A stretch of 64,000 nt of DNA, taken from assembly GCA_030390025.1 (NCBI GenBank), contig JASTWF010000033.1:1-64000 (forward strand), written 5' to 3'. Numbering within the stretch: the first letter of the stretch is position 1; each line of letters starts with the position of its first letter. The DNA comes from Squalus acanthias. Taxonomy: Eukaryota. The position numbers were made by a program, and so were the translations under genes. Below are positions 40,133 to 51,059 of the stretch, one piece after another. Below the pieces are notes generated by a model that saw only the letters and a program-made list of their open reading frames with translations, had not been told where the DNA came from and did not search any database.

Positions 40133-40257
40133 GGTGGTGACAGGTGTTCCAAGATTCTGATACTCTGTTAGAAATATAATATTAACAGGAGGGTTCGAGG
40201 GAAATATTAAAATGAGAAGGAGAACGTTGCCTTGTTAAACATGATATCAAGTCAAGC

Positions 40258-40560
40258 GGGCAACACGGTGGCATAGTGGTTAGCACTGGTGCCTCACAGC
40301 GCCAGGGACCCGGGTTCGAATCTGACCTCGGGTGACTGTCTGTGTGGAGTTTGCACATTCTCCCCGTGTCTGTGTGGGTTTCCTCCGGGTGCTCCAGTTT
40401 CCTCCCACAGTCCAAAAATGTGCGGGTTAGGTTGATTTGGCTATGATAAATTGACCTTTAGTGTTAGGGGGGGATTAAATATGTGGGGTTATGGGGATAG
40501 GATGGGATATGTTAGGGGGAATTAAATACGTGGGGTTACGGGGGTAGGGTGGGATATGTG
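40258..40560 (+). mobile_element. tRNA-derived SINE (HE1/V-SINE type)
   Basis: A box TGGCATAGTGG, B box GGTTCGAATC, V-domain core gtggagtttgcacattctccccgtgtctg...gggtttcctccgggtgctcc. Same family as the 57354 and 58654 copies. Confidence 0.9.
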
Positions 40561-40566
40561 TACTGT

Positions 40567-40685
40567 GGGGATTAAAGCAGGGACAGGGTATTGGATTTGG
40601 ATGATCAGCCATGATCGTATTGAATGGTGGAGCAGGCTCGACGAGCCGAATGGGCTACTCCTGCTCCTTGTTTCTATGTTTCTAA
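40567..40685 (+). mobile_element. CR1 3' UTR/tail abutting the SINE
   Basis: gatcagccatgatc...tggtggagcaggctcga...ctactcctgctcc...tttctatgtttcta matches the reverse complement of the CR1 3' end at 20111-20230. Confidence 0.85.
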
Positions 40686-40743
40686 GTCCCTCCTCCCCCA
40701 TCGGTACAGCAGCTGGTAGCTCTGGGATCTCAGAAAACATCAT

Positions 40744-41640
40744 GGGGTAAAAATTCACTTGGTTGCGCCACCCGTTAGCGCCTTAAGAGGGCGCTAATGG
40801 GGCGCAAAGCCGGTAACGCCCGGGCGCAGCGATGTTTGCGCTGCTCGAGAACTTAACTTGAGATTGTGCGGCGGCGCTAAAACTTACCGCTGCGAACACC
40901 TGCGCGCGCAGATTGTGACGTCATTCCATGGTGCAACGCCCTTGGGGCGCCCCGTAGCGGAAATTGAGTGGCGCCCCCTGCCTTACCGCCTGGCGCTTCC
41001 AACGACCAGAAGACTGGAACGCTATCAATCACTGTGGGGCTGGGGGGGGGGGCGCTATTTAAAGGGGGCCTCTTCCTGTCTTTTATTGTTGGTGGCATTT
41101 TTGAACTACGCATTCTGAGAGAGAGAGGGAGAGACTTCTGGAGAGATTCAACGTTGTGTGAAGGAGTTTTGGGTACTGAGCAGCACTTTGCAGGTTCATT
41201 TTGATTTGCCATTCCTTGTATCGATTTAGCAGAGACCGTGGGAGCTGCACTCTGAGCTCTTTGCCTGGTGCTCTCTTTTGTTCTTTCCAGCACATTTGAT
41301 GTGCAAGTCTCTCCAGGCCGAGATTCAAGGCAGCAATGAACAGGATGTGGATGGAAAGCAAGATTAACCATCCCCTTTATGAACTGGCCCGTGCCATTGT
41401 GTGTGTGTTCCATTGCTGACTGACATTACATGAGCTTCGCCAGCGCTCCGAGTTAGCGCCTCACTGCTCGGCCTTTGCGCCTTAAGAGAGGTGTGCAGCG
41501 CCTGCTTTAGCGCTCCACTCACCTCCCGGGGCGGTAAAAGTGAAGTTTCCCATCAGTGCCGATAATTAGCGCCAGGCGCTAATATTTGCGTCCGGACGAT
41601 ATTTGCGCCCCAAATGGGGCGCGACCTAATTTCTACCCCC
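40744..41640. mobile_element. ~900-bp non-autonomous DNA-transposon/MITE-like element with terminal inverted repeats and CpG-rich arms
   Basis: Left end GGGGTAAAAATT..GGTTGCGCC; reverse complement of right end GGGGGTAGAAATTAGGTCGCGCC. Flanked by AT on both sides. No transposase ORF. Confidence 0.7.
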
Positions 41641-41889
41641 ATGAATATACAAGTGGTAGATTTGACTGCTGTTTTACAATCATAATTCTCCATTTATGTG
41701 TGTGCCCGCGCACGTGCTGCCATTGAAACTATCAATCAGCGGCCTTTCCTTTCCCCACTGTGGAAATGTCAAAGCGATTCTGTTGATTTATAACCAGTTT
41801 GAGACTTTGTAAATTTCAGTACGTTGCTGTTTCACTAACGCTGCCACTAGTGTAATACACACACAACACCAACAACAGAGGGACAAGGA

Positions 41890-43085
41890 GAATGTATGAG
41901 AAATGATTAGCGGTAACATATTAGGGAACACTAACGCCTTTTATAAACATATAAAGCGTGAAAGAATAGTCCAAGGAAAGGTGGGGCCGATTAACGACCA
42001 AAGAGGCCATCATCTTGTGGCAGCAGAGGACATGGCTGAGGTACTAAATTAAAACTTTGCCTCCGTATTCACTAAAGGAGAGGATGCTGCCAATCGTACA
42101 GTAAAGGAGGAGGTGGTAGAGAAATTGGACAGGATATAAATCGATTAGGACGATGTACTAAAACGGTTGACAGGGCTCAAAGTAGAAATGTCACCCGCTC
42201 TGCCACAATCTTCCAATCCTTGGATATGGGAAAGGTGCCAGAGGACAGGAGGGCTGCAAACGATACTTCCCTGTTGAAAAAAAGGAGAGAGTGATGAACC
42301 AAATGACTACATGCGACTCAGCTTAACATCGGTGTTGAGGAAACTCCTCGGGACAAAAATCCGAAACAAAATTAACTGTCACTTGGAAGAACATGTGTTA
42401 ATTAGCGAAAATCAAAATGGATTTTTTTAAAGGCAAATCAAATCTGGCTGACTTGAATGAGCTAATCGATGAAATAGGAGAGTGTTGATGAAGGTAGTGC
42501 TGTTGATGTTCTGTATATGGACTTTCAGAAGGCGTTTGATAAAGTACCTCATAATAGACTGGTTAACACAATTGAAGCCAATGATATTAAAGGCACAGTG
42601 GCAGCTTGGATACTAAATTGGTGAAGGGACAGAAAACAGACTGTAGTTGTGAACCGATATTGTTCACACTGGAGGGAAGTACACAGTGTTCCCAGGGATC
42701 GGTATTAGGATCACTGCTCTTTTTGATATATTTTAGTGACATCGACTTAGGTATACAGGGCATAATTTAAAAGTTTGTCGGTGACAAGAATCTCAGAAAA
42801 GTCGTAAACCGTGAGGAGGATAGCAGAAGACTTCAGGAGGAAATAGAGACACTGGTGAAATGGGTAGACACATGGCAGTTGAAATTTAATGCAGAGAAGT
42901 GGGAAATGCTGCATTTTGGAAGGAAGAATGAAGCGATGCAATTTAAACCAACTTGTACAATTTAAAGGGGTTGCAGGAACAGTAAAACTTGGGGGTATAG
43001 ATACAGAAATCTTTGACGGTGGCAGGACAGGACGATAAGGCTTTTAGAAACGTATATGGGAGCATTAGCTTTATAAATAGAGGCA
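41890..43085 (+). mobile_element. Degenerate CR1 ORF2 fragment (plus strand)
   Basis: Encodes FYKHIK and MDFQKAFDKVPHNRL, with many stops and frameshifts. A probable continuation of its 3' end is at ~44050-44265 (ends tttctatgtaact). Confidence 0.8.
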
Positions 43086-43254
43086 CAGGAACAGGAGTAG
43101 GCCACTCATTCGTTCTAGTTTGTTCCTCCATTCAATTCGATCATGACTGAGCTGTATCTTAAATCCACCTCCCCGCCTTGGTTCTATAACCCTAAGTACC
43201 ATTGCCTTAAGCATTTACAAAAGTATACGAGACCATTGGCTTCATAAATAGAGG

Positions 43255-44010
43255 AATAGGAATATAGAAACATAGGAACAGGAGTTGGCCATTCATTCAC
43301 TCTTCACTCCTTTCAATTCGATCATGGCTGAGCTGTATCTAAACTCCATCTCCCCGCCTTGGTTCCATAACCCTAAATACCATTGCCTAACATAAATCTA
43401 TCAATGACAGTTTTGTGATTTTCAATTAACCGAAACGCAACAGCTTTTTGAGGGCGAGTGTTCCAGATTTCCACTACACTGTGTCTGAAGAAATGCTTTC
43501 TAACATCACCCCTGAACGGCCTCGTTCTGCGTTTAAGGTTATGCCCCCTTTTCCTGGACTAGTCCACCAAATGACATAGTTTAACTCTTTCTATGCTAGC
43601 AATTCCTTTGATCATCTTAAACACCTCAATTAGATCACCCCTTAACTTTGTACAATCAAGGGAATAAAAGCTTCGTCAATGCAATCTATCCTCATAATTT
43701 AAAGTCTTTATCCCCAGTATCGTTCTGGTGAATCTGAGCTGCTCCACCTCCAAAGCCAAGATATTGTTGCCGAGGTGCAGTTCACTAAATGGGTCTAACC
43801 AGAGCTCTGTACAGCTGGAACAGAACTTCTACCCCTTTGTATTCCAGCCCTCGAGATAAAGCCCAACATTCCTTTAGAGTTTTACTTATTTTTGGTATCA
43901 ACTAGCTTCTAGTGATTTCTGTACTTGGACCCCGAGTTCTCTCTGCTCATCCATAGTTCCTAACTTCTAACCATTTAGAAAATTATCTGATCTATCCTTT
44001 TTAGGTCCAA
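43255..44010 (-). mobile_element. Degenerate CR1 3' fragment (minus strand)
   Basis: Tail atagaaacatagga, 3'UTR ggagttggccattc...gatcatggctga, then decayed RT C-terminus. Confidence 0.75.
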
Positions 44011-44420
44011 CGTGAATGAACTCATTTTTTTCTGAAGTGAGGGGAGTGCGACAAACTCGCTCAATTCATTCCAGGAGGATGGGTTCTCCGGCGTTCTGAA
44101 TGTTATTAAATGTTGGTGTCGCAAGACTAACGCCCTCGAACGTATATGTGAAAACGGTGTCAAGATGTACTTAGAGTGGATAAAGGCTCCCGTGGAGTAT
44201 AAACACAGCATAGATCACTTGAGCCGAATGGACTGTTTCTCTGCTGCAGTTTCTATGTAACTCTAAACTGCCTTGAACAGTCACAAATTACAATCTCTGT
44301 GACTGTGACCATGTTGTGTAACCCTTCCTTGTGCATCATTCACCTTCCCACAGCATTCGATATAGTCTCATCTGGCATCCTTTTTCCATGTTCCATGCCT
44401 CCATTGTCCATCCCATAAAG

Positions 44421-46022
44421 CTTTTTTTTAATTCGCTAATGGCATCTTGCGTAGCTGGCAAGGCCCGCATTTATTGCCCATCCCTAATTGCCCTTGAGAA
44501 GGTGGTGTGAGCCGCCTTCTTGAACCGCTGCAGTCCGTGTGGTGATGGCACTCCCTCAGTGCTGTTAGGTAGGGAGTTCCAGGATTTTGACACAGCGACG
44601 ATGAAGGATCGGCGATATATTTCTAAGTCAGGATGGTGTGTGACTTGGAGTGGAAATTGGAGGTGGTGGTGTTCCCATGCGCCTGCTGCCCTTGTCCTTC
44701 TAGGTGGAAGAGTTCGCTGGTTTGGGAGGTGCTGCCGAAGAAGCCTTGGCGAGTTGCTGCAGTGCATCTTGCAGATGGTACACACTGCAGCCACGGTACG
44801 CCGGTGGTGGAGGGAGTGAATGTTTAAGGTGGTGGATGGGGTGCCAATCAAGCGTGCTGCTTTGTCCTGGATGGTGTCGAGCTTCTTGAGTGTTGTTAGA
44901 CCTGCACTCATCCAGGCAAGTGGAGAATATTCAATCACACTCCTTACTTGTGCCTTGTAGATGATGGAAAGGCTTTGGGGAGTCAGGAGGTGAGACACTC
45001 GCCACAGAATACCCAGCCTGCGACCTGCTCTTGTTGGCGTAGTATTTATGTGGCTGGTCCAGTTAAGTTTCTGGTTAATTTTGACACCCAGGATGTTGAT
45101 AGTGGGGGATTCGGCAATGGTAATGCCATTGAATGTCAAGGACAGGTGGTTCGACTCTCGTTTGTTGGAGATAGTCACTGCCTGGCACTTCTGTGGTGCG
45201 AATGTTACCTGCCACTTGTCAGCCCAAGCCTGAACGTCGTCCAGGTCTTGTTGCATGAGAGCATAGACTGCTTCATTATCAGAGGAGATGTGAATGGCGC
45301 TGAACTCTGTGCAGTCATCAGCGAACATCCCCATTTCTGAACTTATGTTGGTGGGAAGATCATTGATGAAGTAACTGAAGATGGTTGGGCCTAGGACACT
45401 GCCCTGAGGAACTCCTGCCGCGATATCCTGGGGCTGTGATGATTGACTTTCAACCGCCACAACCATCTTCTTTTGTGTTAGGTATGACTCCAGCCAGTGG
45501 AGCGCTTTCCCCCCGATTCCCATTGACTTCAGTTTTTCGAGGGCTCCTTGATACCACACTCGGTCAAATGCTGTCTTGAAGTCAAGGGCAGTCACTCTCA
45601 ACTCACCTCTGGAATTCAGCTCCTTTGTCCATGTTTGGAGCAAGGCTGTAATGTGGTCGGGAGCCGAGTGGTCTTGGCGGAACCCAAAGAGGGCATCAGT
45701 GGGCAGATTATTGGTGATTAAGTGCCGCTTGATAGCACTGTCGACGTCACATTCCATCACTTTGCTGATCATTGAAGGTAGACTGATAGGGCGGTAATTT
45801 GCCGAGTTGCATTTGTCCTGCTATTTGTGGACAGGACATACCTGGGCAGGTTTCCACATTGTCGGATAGATGCCAGTGTTGCAGCTGTACTGGAACAGCT
45901 TGGCTAGAGGCGCGACTAGTTCTGGAGCACAAGTCTTCAGCACAATAGCTGGGATGTTGTCGGGGCCCATAGCCTTTCCTGTATTCAGTGCAGTCAGCCA
46001 TTTCTTGATATCACGTGCGAAC
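44421..46022 (-). mobile_element. 5'-truncated CR1/L2-superfamily LINE of a distinct poly(A)-tailed subfamily
   Basis: ORF 44471..45772 has LDFKTAFDRVW, GVPQGSVLGP, MFADD and LEY-like IEYSPLAW. Frameshifted upstream part KAMGPDNIPAIVLKTCAPEL. AATAAA overlapping the stop, then a short A-tail (T run at 44422-44429). Confidence 0.9.
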
Positions 46023-46024
46023 AG

Positions 46025-46872
46025 CATGTTGAAATCTGAGGCACTGATTGGGACGGTGAGGGAACAGAATTCCTGGCAGGGGCTGAAGGCCATGTCTTTG
46101 GTCTTCCCAATGTTTAATTGGAGAAATGTGTAGCTCATCACAGATGGATGTCGGACAAGCAGCGTGAGGAAGCAGAGTCAGTGGAGGGTTGGAGAGAGCT
46201 GGTGGAGATGTGGAGCAGAGTGGTGTCAGGGTACATGTGAAAGCTGACTACTTGTCTTCGGCTGTCTCCAAGGGGCAGCACGTAGATGAGAAATAGGAGG
46301 GGGCGAGGATCGATACATGGGGGACTCCAGAGGGAACAGTGCGGGAGCGGGAAGAGAAGCCATTGATGGAGATTCTCTGGCTACGACTGGATGGTAAAAG
46401 TGGAACCAAGTGAGGGCAGCCCCACTGAGCTGGACAACGGAGGGGAGGGCAGTCCCACTGAGCTGGACAACGGATGGGAGGGCAGTCCCACTGAGCTGGA
46501 CCACGGAGGGGAGGGCAGTCCCACTGAGCTGGACCACGGAGGGGAGGGCAGTCCGACTGAGCTGGACAACGGAGGGGAGGGCAGTCCGACTGAGCTGGAC
46601 AACGGGGGGAGGGCAGTCCCACTGAGCTGGACCACGGAGGGGAGGGCAGTCCGACTGAGCTGGACAACGGAGGGGAGGGCAGTCCCACTGAGCTGGAAAA
46701 CGGGGGGGAGGGCAGTCCTACTGAGCTGGACAACGGAGGGGAGGACAATCCCACTGAGCTGGACAAGGGAGGGGAGGCGTTGGAGGATGTTGTGCTCGAC
46801 CGTGTCAAAGACGGCAGAGGTCGAGAAGAATGAGGAGGGATAGTTTACCACGGTCTCAGTCTCAGAAAGTGT
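46025..46872 (-). mobile_element. Degenerate L2-like RT fragment with an internal minisatellite
   Basis: SAVFDTVEHNILQRL, GVPHVSILAP (decayed GVPQGSILGP) and FLQLNIGKTK. Confidence 0.75.
46411..46778 (+). repeat. 33-bp minisatellite GAGGGCAGTCCCACTGAGCTGGACAACGGAGGG, ~11 copies
   Basis: Read directly. On the minus strand it translates as repeated SVVQLSGTALP in the L2 RT frame. Confidence 0.95.
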
Positions 46873-47703
46873 CATAGAGTCATAGAGTTATACAGCACAG
46901 AAAGAGGCCCTTCGGGCCATCGTGTCCACGCCGGCCATCAAGCCCTGTCTATTCTAATCCCATTTTCCAGCACTTGGTCCGTAGCCTTGTATGCTATGGC
47001 ATTTCAAGTGCTCATTTAAATGCTTCTTGAATGTTGTGAGGGTTCCTGCCTCTACCAGCCTTTCAGCAGTGAGTTCCACTTTCCAACCACTCTCTGGGTG
47101 AAAACAGTTTTCCTCAAATCCCCTCTAAACCTCCTGCCCCTTACCTTGAATCTATGCCCCTTGTTATTGACCCCTCTTCTAAAGGGAAATGTTCCTTTCT
47201 ATCTACCCTATCTATGCCCCTCATAATTTTTTACACCTCAATCAGCCCCCCCCCCGCCTCACCCTTCTCTGCTCTAAGGAAAACAACACCAGCCTGTCCA
47301 GTCTCTCTTCATAGCGGAAGCGCTGCAGCCCAGGTAACATCCTGGTGAATCTCCTCTGCACCCTCTCCATTGCAATCACATCCTTCCTATAGTGTGGTTA
47401 CCAGAACTGCATACAGTATTCCAGCTGTGGCCTAACTAGCGTGTTGTACAGCTCCATCATAACCTCCCTGCTCTTATATACTATGCCTCGGCTAATGAAA
47501 GCAAGTATCCCATATACCTTTTTAACTACATTATCTACCTGTCCTGCTGCCTTTAGGGATCTATGTACATGCACACCAAGGTCCCTCTGATCCTCTGTCG
47601 TTCCTAGGGTCCTACCATTCTTTGTGTATTCCCTCGCCTTGTTAGTCCTCACAAAATGCATCACCTCACACTTTTCAGGTTTAAATTCCATTTGCCACTG
47701 TTC

Positions 47704-50700
47704 TAGAAACATAGAAACATAGAAAATAGGTACAGGAGTAGACCATTCGGTCCTTCGAGCCTGCACCGCCATTCAATGCGTTCATGGCTGAACATGCTAC
47801 CTCAGTACCCCATTCCTGCTTTCTCGCCATACCCCTTGATCCCCTTAGTTGTGAGTGTTATATCTAACTCCCTTTTGAATATATTTAGCGAACTGGCCTC
47901 AACAACCTTCTGTGGAAGAGAATTACATAGATTCACCACTCTCTGGGTGAAGAAGTTCCTCCTCAGCTCAGTCCTAAATGGCTTCCCCTTAATCCTTAGA
48001 CTGTGACCCCTGGTTCTAGTTTTCCCTACCATTGGGAACATTCTGCCCGCATCTAATTTGTCTAAACCAGTCAGGATTTTAAATGTCTCTATAAGATCCC
48101 CCCTCATTCTTCTGAACTCCAGAGGATACAAGTTCAGTTGACCCAATCTTTCTTGATATGTCAGTCCGGCCATCCCAGGAATCAATCTAGTGAACCTTCG
48201 CTGCACTCCCTCAATAGCAAGAATGTCCTTCCTTAAGTTAGGAGACCAAAACTGCGCACAATACTCCAGGTGTGGCCTCACCAAGGCCCTGTACAACTGT
48301 AGCATCACCTCCCTACTCCTGCACTCAAATCCCCTTGCTATGAAGGCCATCATTCCGTTTGCTTTCTTGACTGCCTGCTGCACTTGCATTCCCACCTTCA
48401 GTGACTGATGTACCATGACGCCCAGGTCTCGTTGCACGTCCCCTTTCCCTAATCTGCCACCATTCAGGTAATAGTCCGCCTCTCTATTTTTACCACCAAA
48501 GTGGATAACCTCACATTTATCCACATTGTACTTCATCTGCCATACATTTGCCCATTCACCCAACCTGTCCAAGTCACTCTGTAGCCTCCTAGCATCCTCC
48601 TCATTGTTCACACTGCCTCCCAATTTAGTGTCATCCGCAAATTTGGAGATATTACATTTAATCCCTTCGTCCAAATCATTAATATATAATGTAAACAGCT
48701 GGGGTTCCAGCACCGAACCCTGCGATACCCCGCTGGTCACTGCCTGCCATTCTGAAAAGTACCCATTTACTCCTACTCTTTGTTTCCTGTGTGCCAACCT
48801 GTTCTCAATCCACGTCAACACATTACCCCCAATCCCATGTGCTTTAACTTTGCACACCAATCTCTTGTGTGGGACCCTGTCGAAGGCCTTCTGAAAGTCC
48901 AAATACACCACATCTACTGGTTCCCCCCTGTCCACCCTATTGGAAACATCCTCAAAAAATTCCAGAAGATTTGTCAAGCATGATTTCCCTTTCACAAATC
49001 CATGCTGACTTGGACCTATCATGTCGCCACTTTCCAAATGGTCTGTTATGACAACTTTAATAATTGCTTCCATCATTTTACCCACGACCGATGTCAGGCT
49101 AACCGGTCTATAATTCCCTGCTTTCTCCCTCCCTCCTTTTTTAAAAAGAGGGGTTACATTGGCCACCCTCCACTCCATCGGAACTGATCCAGAGTCTAAG
49201 GAATGTTGGAAAATGATCGTCAATGCATCCACTATTTCCAAGACCACCTCCTTAAGTACTCTGGGATGCAGACCATCAGGCCCCGGGGATTTTTCAGCCT
49301 TTAGTCCCATCAATTTCCCCAATACCTTTTCCCGACTAATAAGGATTTCCCTCAGCTCCTCCCTCTTACCAGATCCTCTGACCCCTTTTATTTCCGGCAG
49401 GTTGTGTGTGTCCTCCACAGTAAACACCGAACCAAAGTACTTGTTCAATTGATCTGCCATTTCCTTGTTCCCCATTACGACTTCCCCTGTTTCCGACTGC
49501 AGGGGACCTACGTTTGTTTTTACTAACCTCTTTCTTTTTACATATTTATAGAAGCTTTTGCAGTCCATTTTAATGTTCTCTGCAAGCTTCCTTTCATATT
49601 TTATTTTCCCTGCCCTAATCAAACCCTTCGTCCTCCTCTGCTGAGTTTTGAAGTTCTCCCAGTCCCCGGGTTTGCTGCTAATTCTGGCCAATTTGTATGC
49701 AACTTCCTTGGTTTTAATACTATCCCTGATTTCCCTTGTTAGCCGTGGTTGAGCCACCTTCCCTTTTTTATTTTTACGCCAGACCGGGATGTACAATTGT
49801 TGTAGTTCATCCATGCGATCTCTAAATGTCTGCCATTGCCCTTCCACTGATAGCCCCTTAAATATCGCTTGCCAATTTAACCTCGCCAATTCACGCCTCA
49901 TACCCTCAAAGTTGCCCTTATTTAAGTTCTGGACCATGGTCTCTGACTTAACTGTTTCCTTCTCCATCCTAATGTAGAACTCCACCATACTATGGTCACT
50001 CTTCCCCAGGGGGCCTCGTACCACAAGATTGCTGATTAGTCCCTCCTCATTACACAACACCCAGCCCAGGATGGCCTCCCCTCGAGTTGGTTCCTCAACA
50101 TATTGGTTTAGGAAACCATCCCTTAAACACTCCAGGAAATCCTCCTCCACCGTATTGCTTCCAGTTTGAGTAGCCCAATCTATATGCATATTAAAGTCAC
50201 CCATGATAACTGCCGTGCCTTTTTTGCACGCACCTCTGATTTCCTGTTTCATACCCTCCCCCACCTCACTACTGCTGTTTGGAGGTCTGTACACAACTCC
50301 CACTAACGTTTTCTGCCCTTTGGTGTTCTGCAGCTCAACCCATATTGATTCCACATCCTCCAAGCTGATGTCCTTCCTAGCTATTGCATTAATCTCCTCT
50401 TTAACCAGCAATGCTACCCCACCCCCTTTTCCTTTTATTCTATCCTTTCTGAATGTTGAATACCCCTGGATGTTCAGTTCCCATCCTTGATTGTTCTGGA
50501 GCCACGTCTCTGTAATCCCAATCACATCGTATCCGTTAACATCTATTTGCACAGTCAATTCATCCACCTTATTACGGATACTCCTTGCATTAAGACACAG
50601 AGCCTTTAGGCTTGTTTTGTTAACATCCTTTGTCCTTTTAGACTTATGATTTAGTATGGCCCTTTGTGTTTCTTGCCTTTGTTTACTCGGCCTTCCCCTA

Positions 50701-51059
50701 TTGTTTCTCACCCTTCTAACATTTGTTTCTGACTGCATATTACTTCCCCCTGTTTCGCTACATAGGTTCCCATTCCCCTGCCATATTAGTTTAAATCCTC
50801 CCGAACTGCTTTAGCAAATATTACCCCGAGGACATCGGTTCCAGTCCTGCCCAAGTGCAGACCGTCCCTTTTGTACAGGTCCCACTTCCCCCAGAACTGG
50901 TTCCAATGCCTCAGGAATTTGAATCCCTCCCTCCTGCACCACTGCTCATGCCACGTATTCAATCTCACTATCCTGTTCTCTCTATTCTGATTAGCACGTG
51001 GCCCTGGTAGCAATCCAGAGATTACTACCTTAGAGGTCCTACTTTTTAATTTAGCTCCC
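47704..51059 (-). mobile_element. Young 5'-truncated CR1 nested in the older CR1
   Basis: (TTTCTATG)n tail from 47704, uninterrupted ORF2, and the C-terminal ~90 aa of the esterase ORF1 (50786-51059). Confidence 0.97.
47802..50738 (-). CDS. CR1 ORF2, open 978-aa APE endonuclease-reverse transcriptase
   Basis: LCLNARSI, GITETWL, VYRPP, GDFN, SDH; YRPVSLTS, LDFQKAFD, FADD, RPHLEYC. Colinear with the 20211-23078 copy. Confidence 0.92.
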   Translation of the reverse strand: MQSETNVRRVRNNRGRPSKQRQETQRAILNHKSKRTKDVNKTSLKALCLNARSIRNKVDELTVQIDVNGYDVIGITETWLQNNQGWELNIQGYSTFRKDRIKGKGGGVALLVKEEINAIARKDISLEDVESIWVELQNTKGQKTLVGVVYRPPNSSSEVGEGMKQEIRGACKKGTAVIMGDFNMHIDWATQTGSNTVEEDFLECLRDGFLNQYVEEPTRGEAILGWVLCNEEGLISNLVVRGPLGKSDHSMVEFYIRMEKETVKSETMVQNLNKGNFEGMRRELARLNWQAIFKGLSVEGQWQTFRDRMDELQQLYIPVWRKNKKGKVAQPRLTREIRDSIKTKEVAYKLARISSKPGDWENFKTQQRRTKGLIRAGKIKYERKLAENIKMDCKSFYKYVKRKRLVKTNVGPLQSETGEVVMGNKEMADQLNKYFGSVFTVEDTHNLPEIKGVRGSGKREELREILISREKVLGKLMGLKAEKSPGPDGLHPRVLKEVVLEIVDALTIIFQHSLDSGSVPMEWRVANVTPLFKKGGREKAGNYRPVSLTSVVGKMMEAIIKVVITDHLESGDMIGPSQHGFVKGKSCLTNLLEFFEDVSNRVDRGEPVDVVYLDFQKAFDRVPHKRLVCKVKAHGIGGNVLTWIENRLAHRKQRVGVNGYFSEWQAVTSGVSQGSVLEPQLFTLYINDLDEGIKCNISKFADDTKLGGSVNNEEDARRLQSDLDRLGEWANVWQMKYNVDKCEVIHFGGKNREADYYLNGGRLGKGDVQRDLGVMVHQSLKVGMQVQQAVKKANGMMAFIARGFECRSREVMLQLYRALVRPHLEYCAQFWSPNLRKDILAIEGVQRRFTRLIPGMAGLTYQERLGQLNLYPLEFRRMRGDLIETFKILTGLDKLDAGRMFPMVGKTRTRGHSLRIKGKPFRTELRRNFFTQRVVNLCNSLPQKVVEASSLNIFKRELDITLTTKGIKGYGEKAGMGY

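Noticed and set aside
40258..40330. tRNA genes (also at 57354 and 58654)
   Set aside because: tRNA-like heads continue into the V-SINE core and a LINE-like tail, so they are SINEs.
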